Of a stretch of 64,000 nt of DNA, positions 9,973 through 22,665 are shown piece after piece (position 1 is the stretch's first letter; each line of letters begins with the position of its first letter). The notes under the pieces were generated by a model. The model was not told the origin of the DNA and ran no database searches. It worked only from the letters and a program-made list of their open reading frames with translations. Source of the DNA: Takakia lepidozioides (taxonomy: Eukaryota > Plantae > Bryophyta). A program made the position numbers and the translations under genes. The DNA lies in assembly GCA_030704615.1 (NCBI GenBank), contig CM060734.1, positions 11,966,001 through 12,030,000 on the forward strand. The letters run 5' to 3'.

Positions 9973-12900
9973 TTACAAGGTAGCTTCTGGCCGCCAGAGT
10001 TTCTTTTGCATGACAAGCAGCTCCTCCTCATCCTTGGAGTACGAGAGACTGACCTCCCAGTGCATAGACCTCATGATCTCTTCTACCTTTTTCAAGACAT
10101 GCGTTTTATCACGGAAGATCGCCCAGCCATCTGGCCGCAAGATCCGGTCCATCTCTATTGCCAAATTCACAATGCTGCATCTGCAGCCAAAGATGAGAAA
10201 AAATCTTAATCAATTGAGTACCAGCAATAACAAAGGGCCACATAAACCAAAGCAACTTTATTCTCTCACTTCATTTCTGTAAACTTCGTAGTCCTCACTA
10301 AATTCTGTCACAACACACTAGGTGTCACAAATTGTGTGTAAAAATGTAAAAATGGACAGAGGAGAAAGAAGTTGGAAACCCAAAACATACGAGCCTTTAA
10401 AGTATCCTTAACTTTAATAGGTATGCCTAGTCCCTTATGATAGGGCACCTCAAGAAACTACCAATAGTACACTAGACCCACTCGGACAGGTCACAAAGGT
10501 TTTGAGACCCTCAGCGATCATATTCAAAAGTGGCCCCCCAATACTACTAAGAATGACAACAAAAATCCCTCGAGAGTACTTCAACTATGACAACTATTGG
10601 ATCATTTCCAGTCAGAATTGAACCATCATATGCAGGACATGGAATAGAGGCTGCAGAGTGGAAGAGGGGGGCAGCTCACTTCTCCATGATAGAGCTGAAG
10701 AGGTGGTCGGCATGCAGCAGGTCGTAGGAGCGGGGATAGGTGCTGTGGGGCTCACACCAATCATGATACATTCCTATCAGACCTCTGTTGAAGATGATTG
10801 GAAGTGTGTCCGGCTCACTTGTGGGCACTATGTTCATCACCCACACTGGTTGCGCTATAAGAGCAGCTGCAAATCTGCTCAAAAGAACCATTTCAGAACC
10901 TTAGACTTCACGTCATTTGACAGCAAGACAAAAAAATGTGTCACTATCGCTTCTGCTCAGAATCGAAGGCTAATTTATGGAACATTCATTCCAACAATAG
11001 CAGAAATTTCCCTAGGGGACAGATCGTGTTCCACAAAACATAAAACTTGTGTGGCTTTCTCTCTTTAGTCAAGGACCTCTGATGTTATGATTGGGGGCTC
11101 ATTCTCTGGACCTAGTTCATCCTATAAGGGTCTAGTCAAACCAGAAATAAATATACTTAATCTCCGCATTCAGAAATTGTGCCTGATGGGATAAGGGTCA
11201 GCCAAACCAGAAATGAATATCTAATTTCCACCCAGTTCAGGGCACAAGCATGTCAACACCTTTTACATACAAAGCCAACAAGCCACCTGTAACTCTGGGT
11301 ATCTTGGCAGAGCTTAACATGGGATGTGACTTCTAGATAGGACGAAATCGCCCAGGATTCTGGGAATTTGCGACAGTAGACTTACCCGCCATAGCCCGCC
11401 TTCATATCCATGATGTTGCGAAGAACTGTCCAGTCCAAAACCGTAATGTATGACTTATCAATCACATGCTTCCAATGGTCTGTGTCTGTTCTAAAGTCTT
11501 CAGCAGCCGGCTTACCATAGAGACCATTGACAGAGTTACTTAGCCAAGCAGGCGTAGCCTCCACTCGCAATGGCCAGTCTGCTGGCCAACTCGAACGAGC
11601 ATCATCCCCTGTTGGTATTCTGTGGATACATGCCTTCATCGGCACATACCTGTAATTCACACTCCCATTTGTTAGCTACATTTGGTCCCTGTCCCTGCAT
11701 CTGTCTATCTTTGTTCAAAAGGGGGTGAGATCCAAGTTGCCCTTCCAATGCACGCACACCAGCACATAAAATTTGTGGTGGGAGGTACCAAAGGACTGTT
11801 CCCCTCAACTGCTATGACTACCCTTGAGGTCATAGCACTTACAGGACACAAACTCCTGGATAATATTATGGGGTGTGCAATCATTACAGAATGAAACTCA
11901 GCATAAGTATAGAGCTCACAAACAGCTGGAGATAATCCATGACAGAAAAATGAAGCTTCGCTGGAAAACATTTTAGTGATTCCAGAACTGCTGATGTAAC
12001 GGTTATATTTATACTGCATGTGGCAGTGATTGTACTGCCGGTCGCACTTGTTATAATAGGAGGAACGTGGCCCTTTGATTTCCACAGATGTTACACATTC
12101 ACACAGTGGGACCAGAGGTGCAGAGGCGCGACAGTCATCAAGAGAGAGTGAGGTTTCTTGTGGAAAGGAGAACAGGCTTATGTGTATAACTGGGTGTATG
12201 TCTCTACTGTGCTGTAAAGCAATTCGAAGTCCATTTGCTGATATGATCTTCCAACAGCTTGGGAAGCTCCTTGTCACTAAATGTGATCACTTTCACCGAC
12301 AGGGCTGCAGCTCTGAAAGTCGACCAAGTAGGCTCATCCAAAAACCTAAAGCAGCATCATGCAGTTGCATGTAGGACTCACCAGGCAGCATCGGCATTGT
12401 CATCCTCACAAAAGGGGGGGTTGGAATCTTTGCGTTGATCATAAAGCACATTGTCCTTGGGTTTCTGAAAGATTGCAACCCCAATTCCAGTTGTAGGATC
12501 TCTCCTCTTAGCCAGCAAATTCCAGGATATATTTGCCGCCACGGCAATTGTATCTGCAACATGCACACATAGCAAGTGATTTTATTTCCAGTTCTGTACC
12601 TCTTTCCCTTGCCTGAAATTTAGTATTTTATCGGCAAACCAAAAGAAGACAAGTATCTTTGACATAGAAAACAACTTTTTTTTGTTAGAAAGTCTTGATA
12701 GTCACGGGTAAAGATTGATTTAAACCTTTCCAGATTTGCTTGTCTTCTTCTTCCTTCAGGTACACGGGTGTTGCAGACCAAACAAAAAACCCTCCTGGCC
12801 TTAGTACCCGATTCAATTCCAGAAGCAGCATGCCATCTGTTCAAAAAGTAGCAGTGGGAAATTAATAATTGAAACTAAGCAACGAAATTGACCTAAAATA

Positions 12901-15097
12901 TTAAGAGCAGTACAATCACACCCACAGAATTATGGCAATAAGTGTCTCTCTCAGCCTTTTTCTTACTTTAGTGGTAGTTCCAGCAGAACCGCATTTGTCA
13001 AGCTAGAGGTCTAGAGGAGCAGTGCTGGGATCAACCCCATGCTTTCTAGTATGATGATAATGCCAGCACATATATCAAAACACAATTCCCTATAGCACAT
13101 TATCAGCTGTGCAAGATTAAGTGCCACCTCCTTAGTGTGCAACACAAACGGAACCTGTTCAATCTAGAATCCCCACTTGCTACATGGACATAATTAATAA
13201 TGAAATGTCAAACCTTTATCATTCGTACATATTCTATCCAAACACATCCTTGCAGCTTTTGAGCTCAGACAGTTACAGCAGATAATTTGAACTTCTTGAA
13301 CTAGAAAGGATGCTGGTACAGAAGGAGAATGTACCATCAACATGCCATGGCACACGGCATCGGGCACAATGCACAACATCAAATACATTGCTGGGAAACA
13401 CCAGGCGTTGCGTGCCCATCACCGCTGAGAAAGCAGGAATGCCTCTCTCTAAGGCCAACTGCACTTGAGCTTCGTGCTCATCCTTAGGGGCAAATGACAT
13501 CGTAATGACATCCTTTTCGAACAGGTAGCCCCCAAAGCTCGCCACTCCACAGCCAACATCTAGTAATACCCGTGTGTGCTTTCCCCAGGCTATATCTGGC
13601 ATGACCTGGTAGGAGGGAGAAAAATGCATGTTAGTCAACCGAACGGCGTCAGATTGAGTTCCAATTTTGTTGATACAGTTGGCAACCAGTATTGCCCTAA
13701 GATTTCAAGTTGTGGGGAACATAATGCCGGCTGGAGCTTCCCTGCAATCACCACTAGAAGGGAGATAGAGAACAGAAAGGACCACTGTACTAATCTCATT
13801 GAAAGTTGTAGGGCACAGTCAGATGAAACCAGAAACCAAATACTGGAAAGGAATCCGGGTTCTCACCAACTGAATGAAGTCGATGTAATGCAACGCCCCA
13901 TTTTTGAATTGTGTTCCACCACCAGGAAACAGAAGCTTATTCCCAGATTTCTTAACCCAATTTTGGTCTTTCTTGTATGAGACCAGTCCTTGATGTGGCA
14001 CATTATGAAACCACACCTGCACCATACAGTGTGCGAAAAGTAAACCCAGTGAAGAAGGTGGCAGACCCCTGCCTGGAATCCCAGCAGATGAACCACACAA
14101 GGATTTATAAGCATGAAACCCAGAATGCTGGTTTAATTACTTGCTAAGAACTACTCATCACCACAACTGTTGAGATTCGGATTTGAAGGGTAAGGGAGCT
14201 CACTTCATCTCTGCTTTGTGGCCACCGAATAGGTATCTTGTAGCTCTTAGGTAAAGGAAGCAAGCACTTGTATAGATCTTTCTCAGAAGGACAATGCCGC
14301 TCCCTGTGCTCATAGTGGCTGTGAGTTGGCAGGCGGTCAACAGCCTGCTTGTTGTCCAGGCAAGGAATATAATCCTCAGCACCTTCCCATGGGCACATAC
14401 TCCACCTGTAGTTTTTGGCCTCTTTGGCATCCTGTTCGCCATCTGAAAGTGCTGCTACAGGAGCCTCCTTAGAGGAATCTGGATTGGAATCTTTAGAGCT
14501 ATCATGACTAGTTGCCGCATTCTGGATTGTCGCTTTCTCATCCTTGGACTCTTCCGCCTGGGTGCCCCAGGTGGTGGCCACCTCCTTTTCAGTTGCCAGC
14601 TCTGCTCCCGTGGGGAGTTCATCGGGGAGCTTCGCGGCGTTCTCTGTCTTCTTGTTGGTACTTGTCTCAGATTCTTGGCTGGTTTCAGTAACAACATCAT
14701 GAAGGGCAAATTGATCATCTTGTCTTGCCTCTTGCTCAGTCTGTTTTACCTGCTTCTGTACTTCATCCTCGAGCGCCTTGTCCGCATTCCCCCCTCCATC
14801 ACCATCGCTATTTGGCTTTACACTTGTTGCCTTTGGGGGCTCATTGGCCACTTTTTCTTGACCAGTCTGTTGCGCATCCCTAGAGGCATCATCCTTCAAA
14901 ACCTGGGCTCCTGTCTCTGTCGTAGTAGTAGAGCTCACCTCATTCGCATTCAAGGTTTGAATGTTCTCCTGGACCTCCGCGGGCGCACTGTACAACCAGA
15001 CAGCGTACAAAAAGACAGCGACGAAGAGACCACCCGCTACCATGAGGTAGAAAGCTGGCATCTTTCTCTCGGGCCGCAAAGGTTTTGGAAACGCCAT
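9973..15097 (-). CDS. Probable methyltransferase PMT (QUA2/DUF248 family, PMT24-27-like); 8 coding exons: 15097-14204, 14016-13867, 13605-13335, 12836-12726, 12553-12382, 11649-11386, 10874-10680, 10180-9973
   Basis: N-terminal TM anchor and acidic stem, then [92 protein letters not shown] and [12 protein letters not shown] junctions keep frame. Confidence 0.95.
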
Positions 15098-18000
15098 GTC
15101 TGTGTGCTTGATTTCCCTTAGGCGCGACGAATAAGAGAAGTCAGCACAGATTTCGGTGACTACAAGGACCCTTCAAATATTCTCCTGGGTAGCTGGCTAC
15201 TATCATGGGTGTTACATAAGCCAGGATTAAGATGATATGTCCTTTGAGTTGTGGAGATCGATCTCATTCAAGAAAGAAAATCACTTCGTCTCTATCGATT
15301 AGGGCACAAATGGAGGACCCGCAGATTCGGAAATACGCAGTTACGCACCAAGTAATTCTTTCTTGAGAGAGATTGACCAGCAGGATATTTGCACTGCTTT
15401 TCTAGTCGTCCATGAGTTCTTCCAGGCATACTCATACAGAGCAGATACAAAGAACTCCAAGGAAACTTAGGGACAGTTAGAGATGAAAACGCAAAAGAGC
15501 GTGATACGAAACAGGCATTCCAAAGAAAAGGAATAGACAGAAGTAATGTGCAATACAACTAGAACATCGATAAAATAACCAGGAGTCAAATTGAGTGGTG
15601 TGCTCTGGTGATCTTAAGAAGTTGCAGTATATCTGATCCTAGTGCCAATGCAAAAAAACAACCACGAAGCACATAGATCCCTATGAAGAAGAAGTAGAAA
15701 GAGCATGCAGTCGAGCGCAAGTTGTAGTGTCAATACCAAACAAACAGAGCGGTGTAAGCTGCAGACAAAACGCTAACTCCCTCAGCTGGCGATTTTTCGG
15801 GAGCTCCTCAGCAGGATACAGAACTACGGGCACAGAACAAACACAACACCCCTCCTCTCCTCCATAGCTCAACTCCCCACAGCTGTGCAGCTCCCACATC
15901 AACGTCGCTGTGCAGTAGCACTACCTCTCCTCTCGGCACCTGCCCTCTGCGTATAGGGGCGAGTACCTACCCACCTCAATCCTCCTCTCTCCCTCGTACT
16001 ACCTCCCCAGCCTGCCACCCCCTCCAGGTCACTGCCTAGGGAGGCGACTTCAGAACCAGATTTCCTAGCCGAGTGCAGACAAACGCCTGGCACAAACACG
16101 GCCTAACCCCCGGTGATCCCAGGTGCTACAGTGTACTAGGTATCCTCTTCCAGGCAGAAATGCCTTAGATGCCAGTTTACAAGCCTCTCAAGTGATCAAG
16201 CCTCCCCTGCCCCCCTTCCTCCACCCAGGCCTTGGCTGTTGGGCGCCTTCAACTTTCAAGACCTTTCTAATAATATGTAGAGCAGTTTCATTTGGCCCGG
16301 TTTCTAGAGTGGTCCAGGATTTACTGTGGTCCAGGAATTAGAGGGTTTAGAGGGTTTGACGAATGAGGTGGCAGAGAGAGGGGTGTGGGTAGGGATAATT
16401 TAACTTGTGAGGTGTCAAACAAAGCCACAAAAAAAAAAAAAAAAAAAAAAAACACATGGCGGTGTAAGTCGGTGGGCCCCACGAATGTAGGGTGTGGGCC
16501 ATGTAGGTAGTCACTAGCTATTTTTAGTAGTTCAATAGTTGAGAGGGAGAGAGGGGACTCCAGCCCAAGCCTAAGAGGTCTCGCGGATGGCCTCAATAGT
16601 TGACTTTCTATATAGTTCTGCAGTTAGTTATAGCCGGCTTCACTAGTCACTAGTTGACTTTCTAAGATAGTTCTACTATTATGTCGGTTGGGTTTCAAGC
16701 AACTCACTAGTGGCTTCCAATTTGGAAAAGGGGGGGAAGTAGAGGGGTGTACCACAGATTTAGGATTAACCAGAAGAGGATTCACGCCCCTTCTTTTCAC
16801 ACTACACACTGTTCATGGCTGGAAATGTCTGTTTGTCTTAAAGAAGCCATTTATGATCATAGAAGGCTTAAGAACAAAATAAGAGCATTTCTTTACATAA
16901 AGAACATCACCAAAGCAGGGTTACGGACTGATATTTGGCAGCTTATACAACAGGGGGTAATCAGCTGCCCTATTTTGCACATCAAGTCACTTATTGACAC
17001 CATGTTTTTTGCCCCCTGATCTGTTTTAGACCTGGGGCTGGTGTGTAATTTCAATGACAGGGTAGAGTAATATTCCCACCTCTTATTCCATGCAGCATAT
17101 CATAATTGGGTATTTTTTATGGTGCTATAAAGAGCAAAGCCATATCCAGGAGAAACATAGAAACATTTGAGCCAAAGAAATGGAACTCATTCTTATCATA
17201 AGGTATCTAAATCTGACATAAGGCATCGGCTACAGGGGACCGGCAAACAAGAGTAATGTGCATTGACCGGATCATGTATTAGGTGTACACGTCTACTCCA
17301 GCAAGTTGTCTTACCGAGGCCTAGCTCAAAACTTCAGCATTCATAAGCCCTATAGATGTTCTATGCTTATCTCAGGTACCTTCAACAACTACTGGTTTTA
17401 GTAACAGTGTGAGTAGTTTTTTCCTATCTTCAGGGTATGCTAAGTTGGTTGTGGTTGTGGTTGTGGCATGGTCAGAGGAGTAGAGGGGAGCAGGCTTGGT
17501 GAGGGGCTTGATGCAGCTGGAGTGTTTGGGGTTGGCGAAGTTGCGGCTAGGGGCACTGGGATTGTCAAGCTTCTCAACAGGACTCCATTTCGTACAGGTT
17601 GAACAGACAAAACTCTCAAACCCGCGTGTAGCATGTTATCTCTATGAACCTATTGTAATTTACTTCAATCCTGAGTTTTGAAATTTCTCAACTTTCTCAA
17701 CTTTCTCAGCAGGACCATCCACTAATTAAAAGAAAGCTCAATAAGTAATATAATAAAGCGTAATGTTACAACAAATCTTTTTTCCTTCTTTCTTTATTGG
17801 CTCCTCCCTCAAGAGGAGACCACGCATCAGTGCCAAAATGGGGGAAGATCCTGATATGCCTTCACCGGAAAACACCCAAACTTCACATATATACCTTCAC
17901 TACTTAACATTGCTCTTGATATTAATGAGCATCAAATATTAATTTGTTTTTGTTTTTGTTTTTGTGAAATATATTCTTAACCAGTAACAGCCATTGGGAA

Positions 18001-18860
18001 ATGGCTGGAGACCAGTGAAAGCTTCTTCCCTTTCTTCCCTGCTCTCATGTTAGCAAAACCCTGGCTTTCGTCATCCTGCCCCTGGGAGCAGAGAGGAGTG
18101 TCATATGTACAGTTTGTGTGGGGAGCCTGGCCTTTGGACTTCCTAAAGAAGACTTGAGCGACTGTGCAAGGCCATCAACTTGTGCATAGTAAGTAGCTTC
18201 TTTATTGATCCTCCTATGGTTGTTGATATGGTCAGCCTTTGTGCTGTTTTTTACCTTCTCTACCCTTGTAATGGGCTGGGAGTGGTCCAATGCCCATGCA
18301 AAGTTTGACCTCCGTTCTAAGTTATATCTGAAACCCTCCAAATTAGGGCGGTCTACTCAGGAATATAGACAATATGGCTTGGATTTGCAGAGCATCCATC
18401 TATGTGTGGAGTGCTTCAACTGCTGGGCTACACAACAAGCTGAAGACCCGCAAGACCTAGGTTTCTATTTTGACCAAGTTATTATTGTGTGTGTTGATCT
18501 ATACTGTCATTTCGGTGAGTCCATGCAAATCTTCTACTGTGGCGGATTGCAGGGTGTGTAATATCAACTCCAGCAATCGTGTCAAGCAGTGTCTGTATAT
18601 ATGTTTGTATGTTTGTATTTGTATCGGAGGATATGTATGTTGTTCAGTACCACTTATTAGTCGAAATGGAAACCGGTCACTTGCAGCAGACCAAATTATT
18701 TCACATTTTCGAGGAGGGACTCAGAAATCAGGTCTGAAGTCTCAACCCTATTTTTTTTCTTTTCCATCTTTGTTATGTGTGTAATGCTCTCTCGGCCTTC
18801 CGTGGGCGTAAGAAATTTCTTGAATGGCAGAAGCATTCAGCTTTTAGGACTAGAAGTGTC

Positions 18861-20806
18861 GAGGGCAGCAAAGGCGTGAGCAAAACCCGTGAGCAGATTC
18901 CCTTATCCGTGAGCAGATTCCCCCAAGTGTGAGCAGATTGTAAGCGTGATTGTCAACGCCACCTTCATCTGGGACATTCAGAAGGGAAAAAATAAAAATA
19001 ATTAAAAAAAAAATTTTGTTTTTTTGTTTTTTGGAGAACTTGCAAATGAACCCAACCCCTGCTTTGCAAGCAAAAGACCTGGCGTTGACCCAGCATGGAT
19101 TTCTGGTCACCTGGAAGAAGGACATGACAACGAATCATAAGCCGAGCAATTTGTAGATGCCATTCACCCCAAATAGCACACCAGAAGACCAGCCAGATTA
19201 AGGTGTTGTTGACGACACCTTAATCTGGCACATTCGGGGAAAATAAAAATATAAAAATATAAAAATATTATTAATTTTGAAAACTTGCAAATGAACCCAG
19301 CTTTGTTTTGCAACAAAAGACCTGGTGTTTACCCAGCATGGATTTCTGGTCACCTAGAAGAAGGACATGACAACGAATCATAAGCCGAGTAATTTGTAGA
19401 TGTCATTCACCCCAAATGGCACACCAAAAGACCAGCCAAATAAAGGTATCGTTGACAACACCTTAATCTGGCACATTCGGGAAAAAATAAAATAAAATAA
19501 AATAAAATAAATAAAAACCTAATGAACCCAACCCTTGCTTTGCAAGCAAAAGACCTGGCGTTTACCCAACATGGATTTCTGGTCACATAGAAGAAGGACA
19601 TGACAATGAATCATAAGTTATGTGGTCCGAGCAATTTGTAGATGCCATTCACCCCAAATAACCCACCAGAAGACTAGCCAGATTAAGGTGTCGTTGACAA
19701 CACCTTACTCAGGCACATTCGGGAAAAAATAAAATAAAAATAAAAATTGGAAAACTTGCAAATGAACCCAACCCCTGCTTTGCAAACAAAAGACTAGCGT
19801 TTACCCAGCATGGATTTCTGGTCACATGGAAGAATGATATGACAACGAATCATAAGTTATGTAGTCCGAGCAATTTGTTGATGCCATTCACCCCAAATAA
19901 CACACCAGAAGACTAGCCAGATTAAGGTAGATTAAGGTGTCGTTGACGACACCTTAATCTGGCACATTCGGGGAAAAATAAAATATATATTTTTATTTTA
20001 TTTTATTTTTGAAAAACTTGCAAATGAACCCAACCCCTGTTTTGCAAGCAAAAGACCTGGCGTTTACTCAGCATGGATTTCTGGTCACATGGAAGAAGGA
20101 CATGACAACAAATCATAAGTTACGTGGTCCGAACAATTTATAGATGTCATTCACCCCAAATAGCACACCAGAAGACGTTACAGATGTCATGTTATACGGA
20201 GGCTGCAACTTGCAAATTTAGTCTCCTCTCTTCTCCCCCTCATGTGCTTTACGACAGAGAGGATTTTGTGCAGAGCAAGGCTAGTGTCTTCATAGACAGT
20301 TCTGCCTTCGTTTTGGACTCCGACTCCAGTAGCAGTGGATATTCTTCGTCGGAATGAATCGACTGTTTTCAAACGATTTATATTAAAGCACCAAACGGCC
20401 TCTCCACCTTCTTTGCAATTGGGTGTCAGCATCTCTCTCGACTTAGGATACCTGGTGAAAGGACAACCACAACCCTCTGCAGTTGGTAGAGGTTCACTCT
20501 GGAGCTCGGGGGATTTGGCAACCACTACTCAAAAATGCTTTTTAATTTTGCATTCAACCACAAACTACATTCATCCATATGCCATTCGTCCAACATACAT
20601 TCATCGCCCATTCATCCATCATTCATCCGTCATTAATCCATAACGATGAATTGATATGTATGTTATACTGGACACTACCCGCAGTAATAGGTCCTCTAAG
20701 CCAAATAGGTGTCCGCGGTTATAGGTGAGCACATCCAGAAGCGTGAGCAGAATTATGCTCACGGAATTTTTTGCTCACGGATTCTGTTCACGGTTTAGCA
20801 ATCCCC
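18861..20806. mobile_element. Non-autonomous Mutator-like element
   Basis: 9-bp TSD with one mismatch (agaagtgtc 18852-18860, agaagtgcc 20807-20815). G-started imperfect TIRs built of inverted cgtgagca / tgctcacg motifs. Confidence 0.7.
18945..20175. repeat. Tandem array, ca. 5 units of ca. 240-260 bp, containing an 18-bp-arm palindrome
   Basis: cattcaccccaaat recurs near 19161, 19404, 19646, 19885 and 20148. Each unit includes an A-rich tract and gcaaaagacctggcgtttacccagcatggatttctggtcac; the internal units carry gccagattaaggtgtcgt-tg-acgacaccttaatctggc with 1-4 substitutions or a small duplication. Confidence 0.92.
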
Positions 20807-21687
20807 AGAAGTGCCTGGCAGCCTATCTGCACAAGGCACATCTTCTTGGAGTGACATTTCTTGCTCTACTTTCTGCCATTTCTTTCTTTCTTCTCTCTCC
20901 TTTCTCTCGTGCTTTGTTAGTATCCCTTGCGTATTGCTGCACTATTGGTAAAAACACTTGGAGATTAATTCTACATCAATGTACATAATTCATTCAGCAT
21001 CGGAAAGTTGCATAACGGTGCGAAATGGGGAGTCAACATGAGGTGGTAGGTCTTGGGTACCTCATTTTACCATAACTGCTTGATATCCAATGATGATCGG
21101 TATGTTCGGAACTAGCCAGACGTCCAATGGAGCTTGCAGAAAGTTAATTATACAAGATTTCAGGTGTACATCCCATAAACCCTAAGCATTGAATTTGAGA
21201 GATCAATTATCCAAGGAAATCATTCATGCAGATGTTATACCCAACTTGCGGCAAGAGGTGATAATATCGGCAGAACAGGGGCAGCCTCCACAAAATGGAA
21301 AGCAGTGGGGCGCTCTTTGCCAGCACCTCATTTTGTGTGGGCTCTCTAAATTCTGGATAGACACCCCCTCTCTCAATTGCTTGTGGTTTGTTATGGTTGG
21401 ACCAACCATCACCATTATCTGTTTTGCTGCCACCATTGGAGAGAGAGCATTGGACTGTTGACAGGATTATTATTGGGAAGACCATGGTATTTCAGATTTC
21501 AGTATTTCAGTATTTCAGCCAGATTTTTAGCAAGTCCCTCAATATTTCAGCTAGTTATTCTCAATATTTTAGTTAGTATTTCAACAAGCATTTCAATATT
21601 TCAATAATTAAATATCATTTTTGCATTATCATACATGATTACTTAATTCATACATCAATAAAGTTCTGCCAGGCCCTGAGTCTGTTC

Positions 21688-21925
21688 CAGTGTTGTGCGG
21701 GTCCGGGTTTTGACCGCGGGTACCCGGCGGGTTAGGATCCGGGTTACCCGGACCTGGACCCGGACCCGTGCTATCACCAAAAACCCGGACCCTGTTCCGG
21801 GTTCATTTTAGAAATGGACCTGGGTCCGGACCTCGGACCCGCCTGGTGGGTCCAGAACCCGTTCAACCCGCTACCCGCAGGGCCAATGTAGCGGGTCAGG
21901 GTCCAGTGGGCTGCCCAAAATGTTG
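21688..21925 (+). mobile_element. Single end of a hAT-like element (CAGTGTTG terminus, acccg/cgggt subterminal repeats)
   Basis: cagtgttgtgcgggtccggg followed by dense acccg/cgggt motifs; no matching other end found. Confidence 0.5.
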
Positions 21926-22399
21926 CGTGTGTGTGTGTTATATGACGTAGGTAGTACGTAGCTTTTGAAATGGAGTGAAATAGAAACTGGTGGGAGAGAT
22001 GGGGTACGAGATGATCCAGAAGAGGCAGAAGAGGGGTTGGTTGTGGGTTCATGGATGCGCTGTTATGTAGAGAATAGGTAACATTTTTGATGGGATGGAA
22101 TAGAAGTTGGTGAGAGAAAATGTGGGAGAGCTGGTACATAGATCTAGTATGCGGAGAGTTTAGAAGCATGAGATGTCCGTGACAGTATGGGGATAGCCAA
22201 AGACTATTCGAGGGGAAGGAATTTCCTAGAGCACCTTGGCACGAGACGTGTGATGCGCATGGACACCCTGTAGTGTGTATTAGGAACTGGTGATAGAGAG
22301 TGAATGAGAATTGGTACATAGAAGGTATACGTGGAGTTGTTAATGGGTGGAGGATGGGTATGCATAGGGCAGAGCGATGAGAGTAATGTAATGCACCAC

Positions 22400-22629
22400 C
22401 CATGCACCCCATCCCACTCTCTCATAATGCAGCATCCCGGCCCGCGAGCAAGTAACGGCTCTCATGCCCCCTACTTTCAACCCACTATGTACACCTATCC
22501 GGTACTACTCGTTCAAAACCACATCCAAACTACCCAGGCTCCCACAAGCACCACGCGAACATGGATTACTTTCATTCATCCAACCCATATAAATAATTGC
22601 AACCTATCTCATCAACACCTTTACCATAT

Positions 22630-22665
<36 letters not shown>

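Noticed and set aside
14504-15121. 205-aa plus-strand ORF, and similar antisense ORFs over LINE and gag-pol regions
   Set aside because: Shadow frames of real coding sequence on the opposite strand; no independent motifs.
16280-16595. Tourist-like MITE upstream of the PMT gene
   Set aside because: Candidate ends (gagcagtttca / gcggatggcctc) match too poorly and no TSD is clear.
18045-18561. Short ORFs on both strands as a possible transposase fragment
   Set aside because: No recognisable motif; stops in all extended frames.
18945-20175. CRISPR-like array of palindromic repeats
   Set aside because: The whole 240-bp unit is repeated with no unique spacers, there are no cas genes, and the context is eukaryotic.
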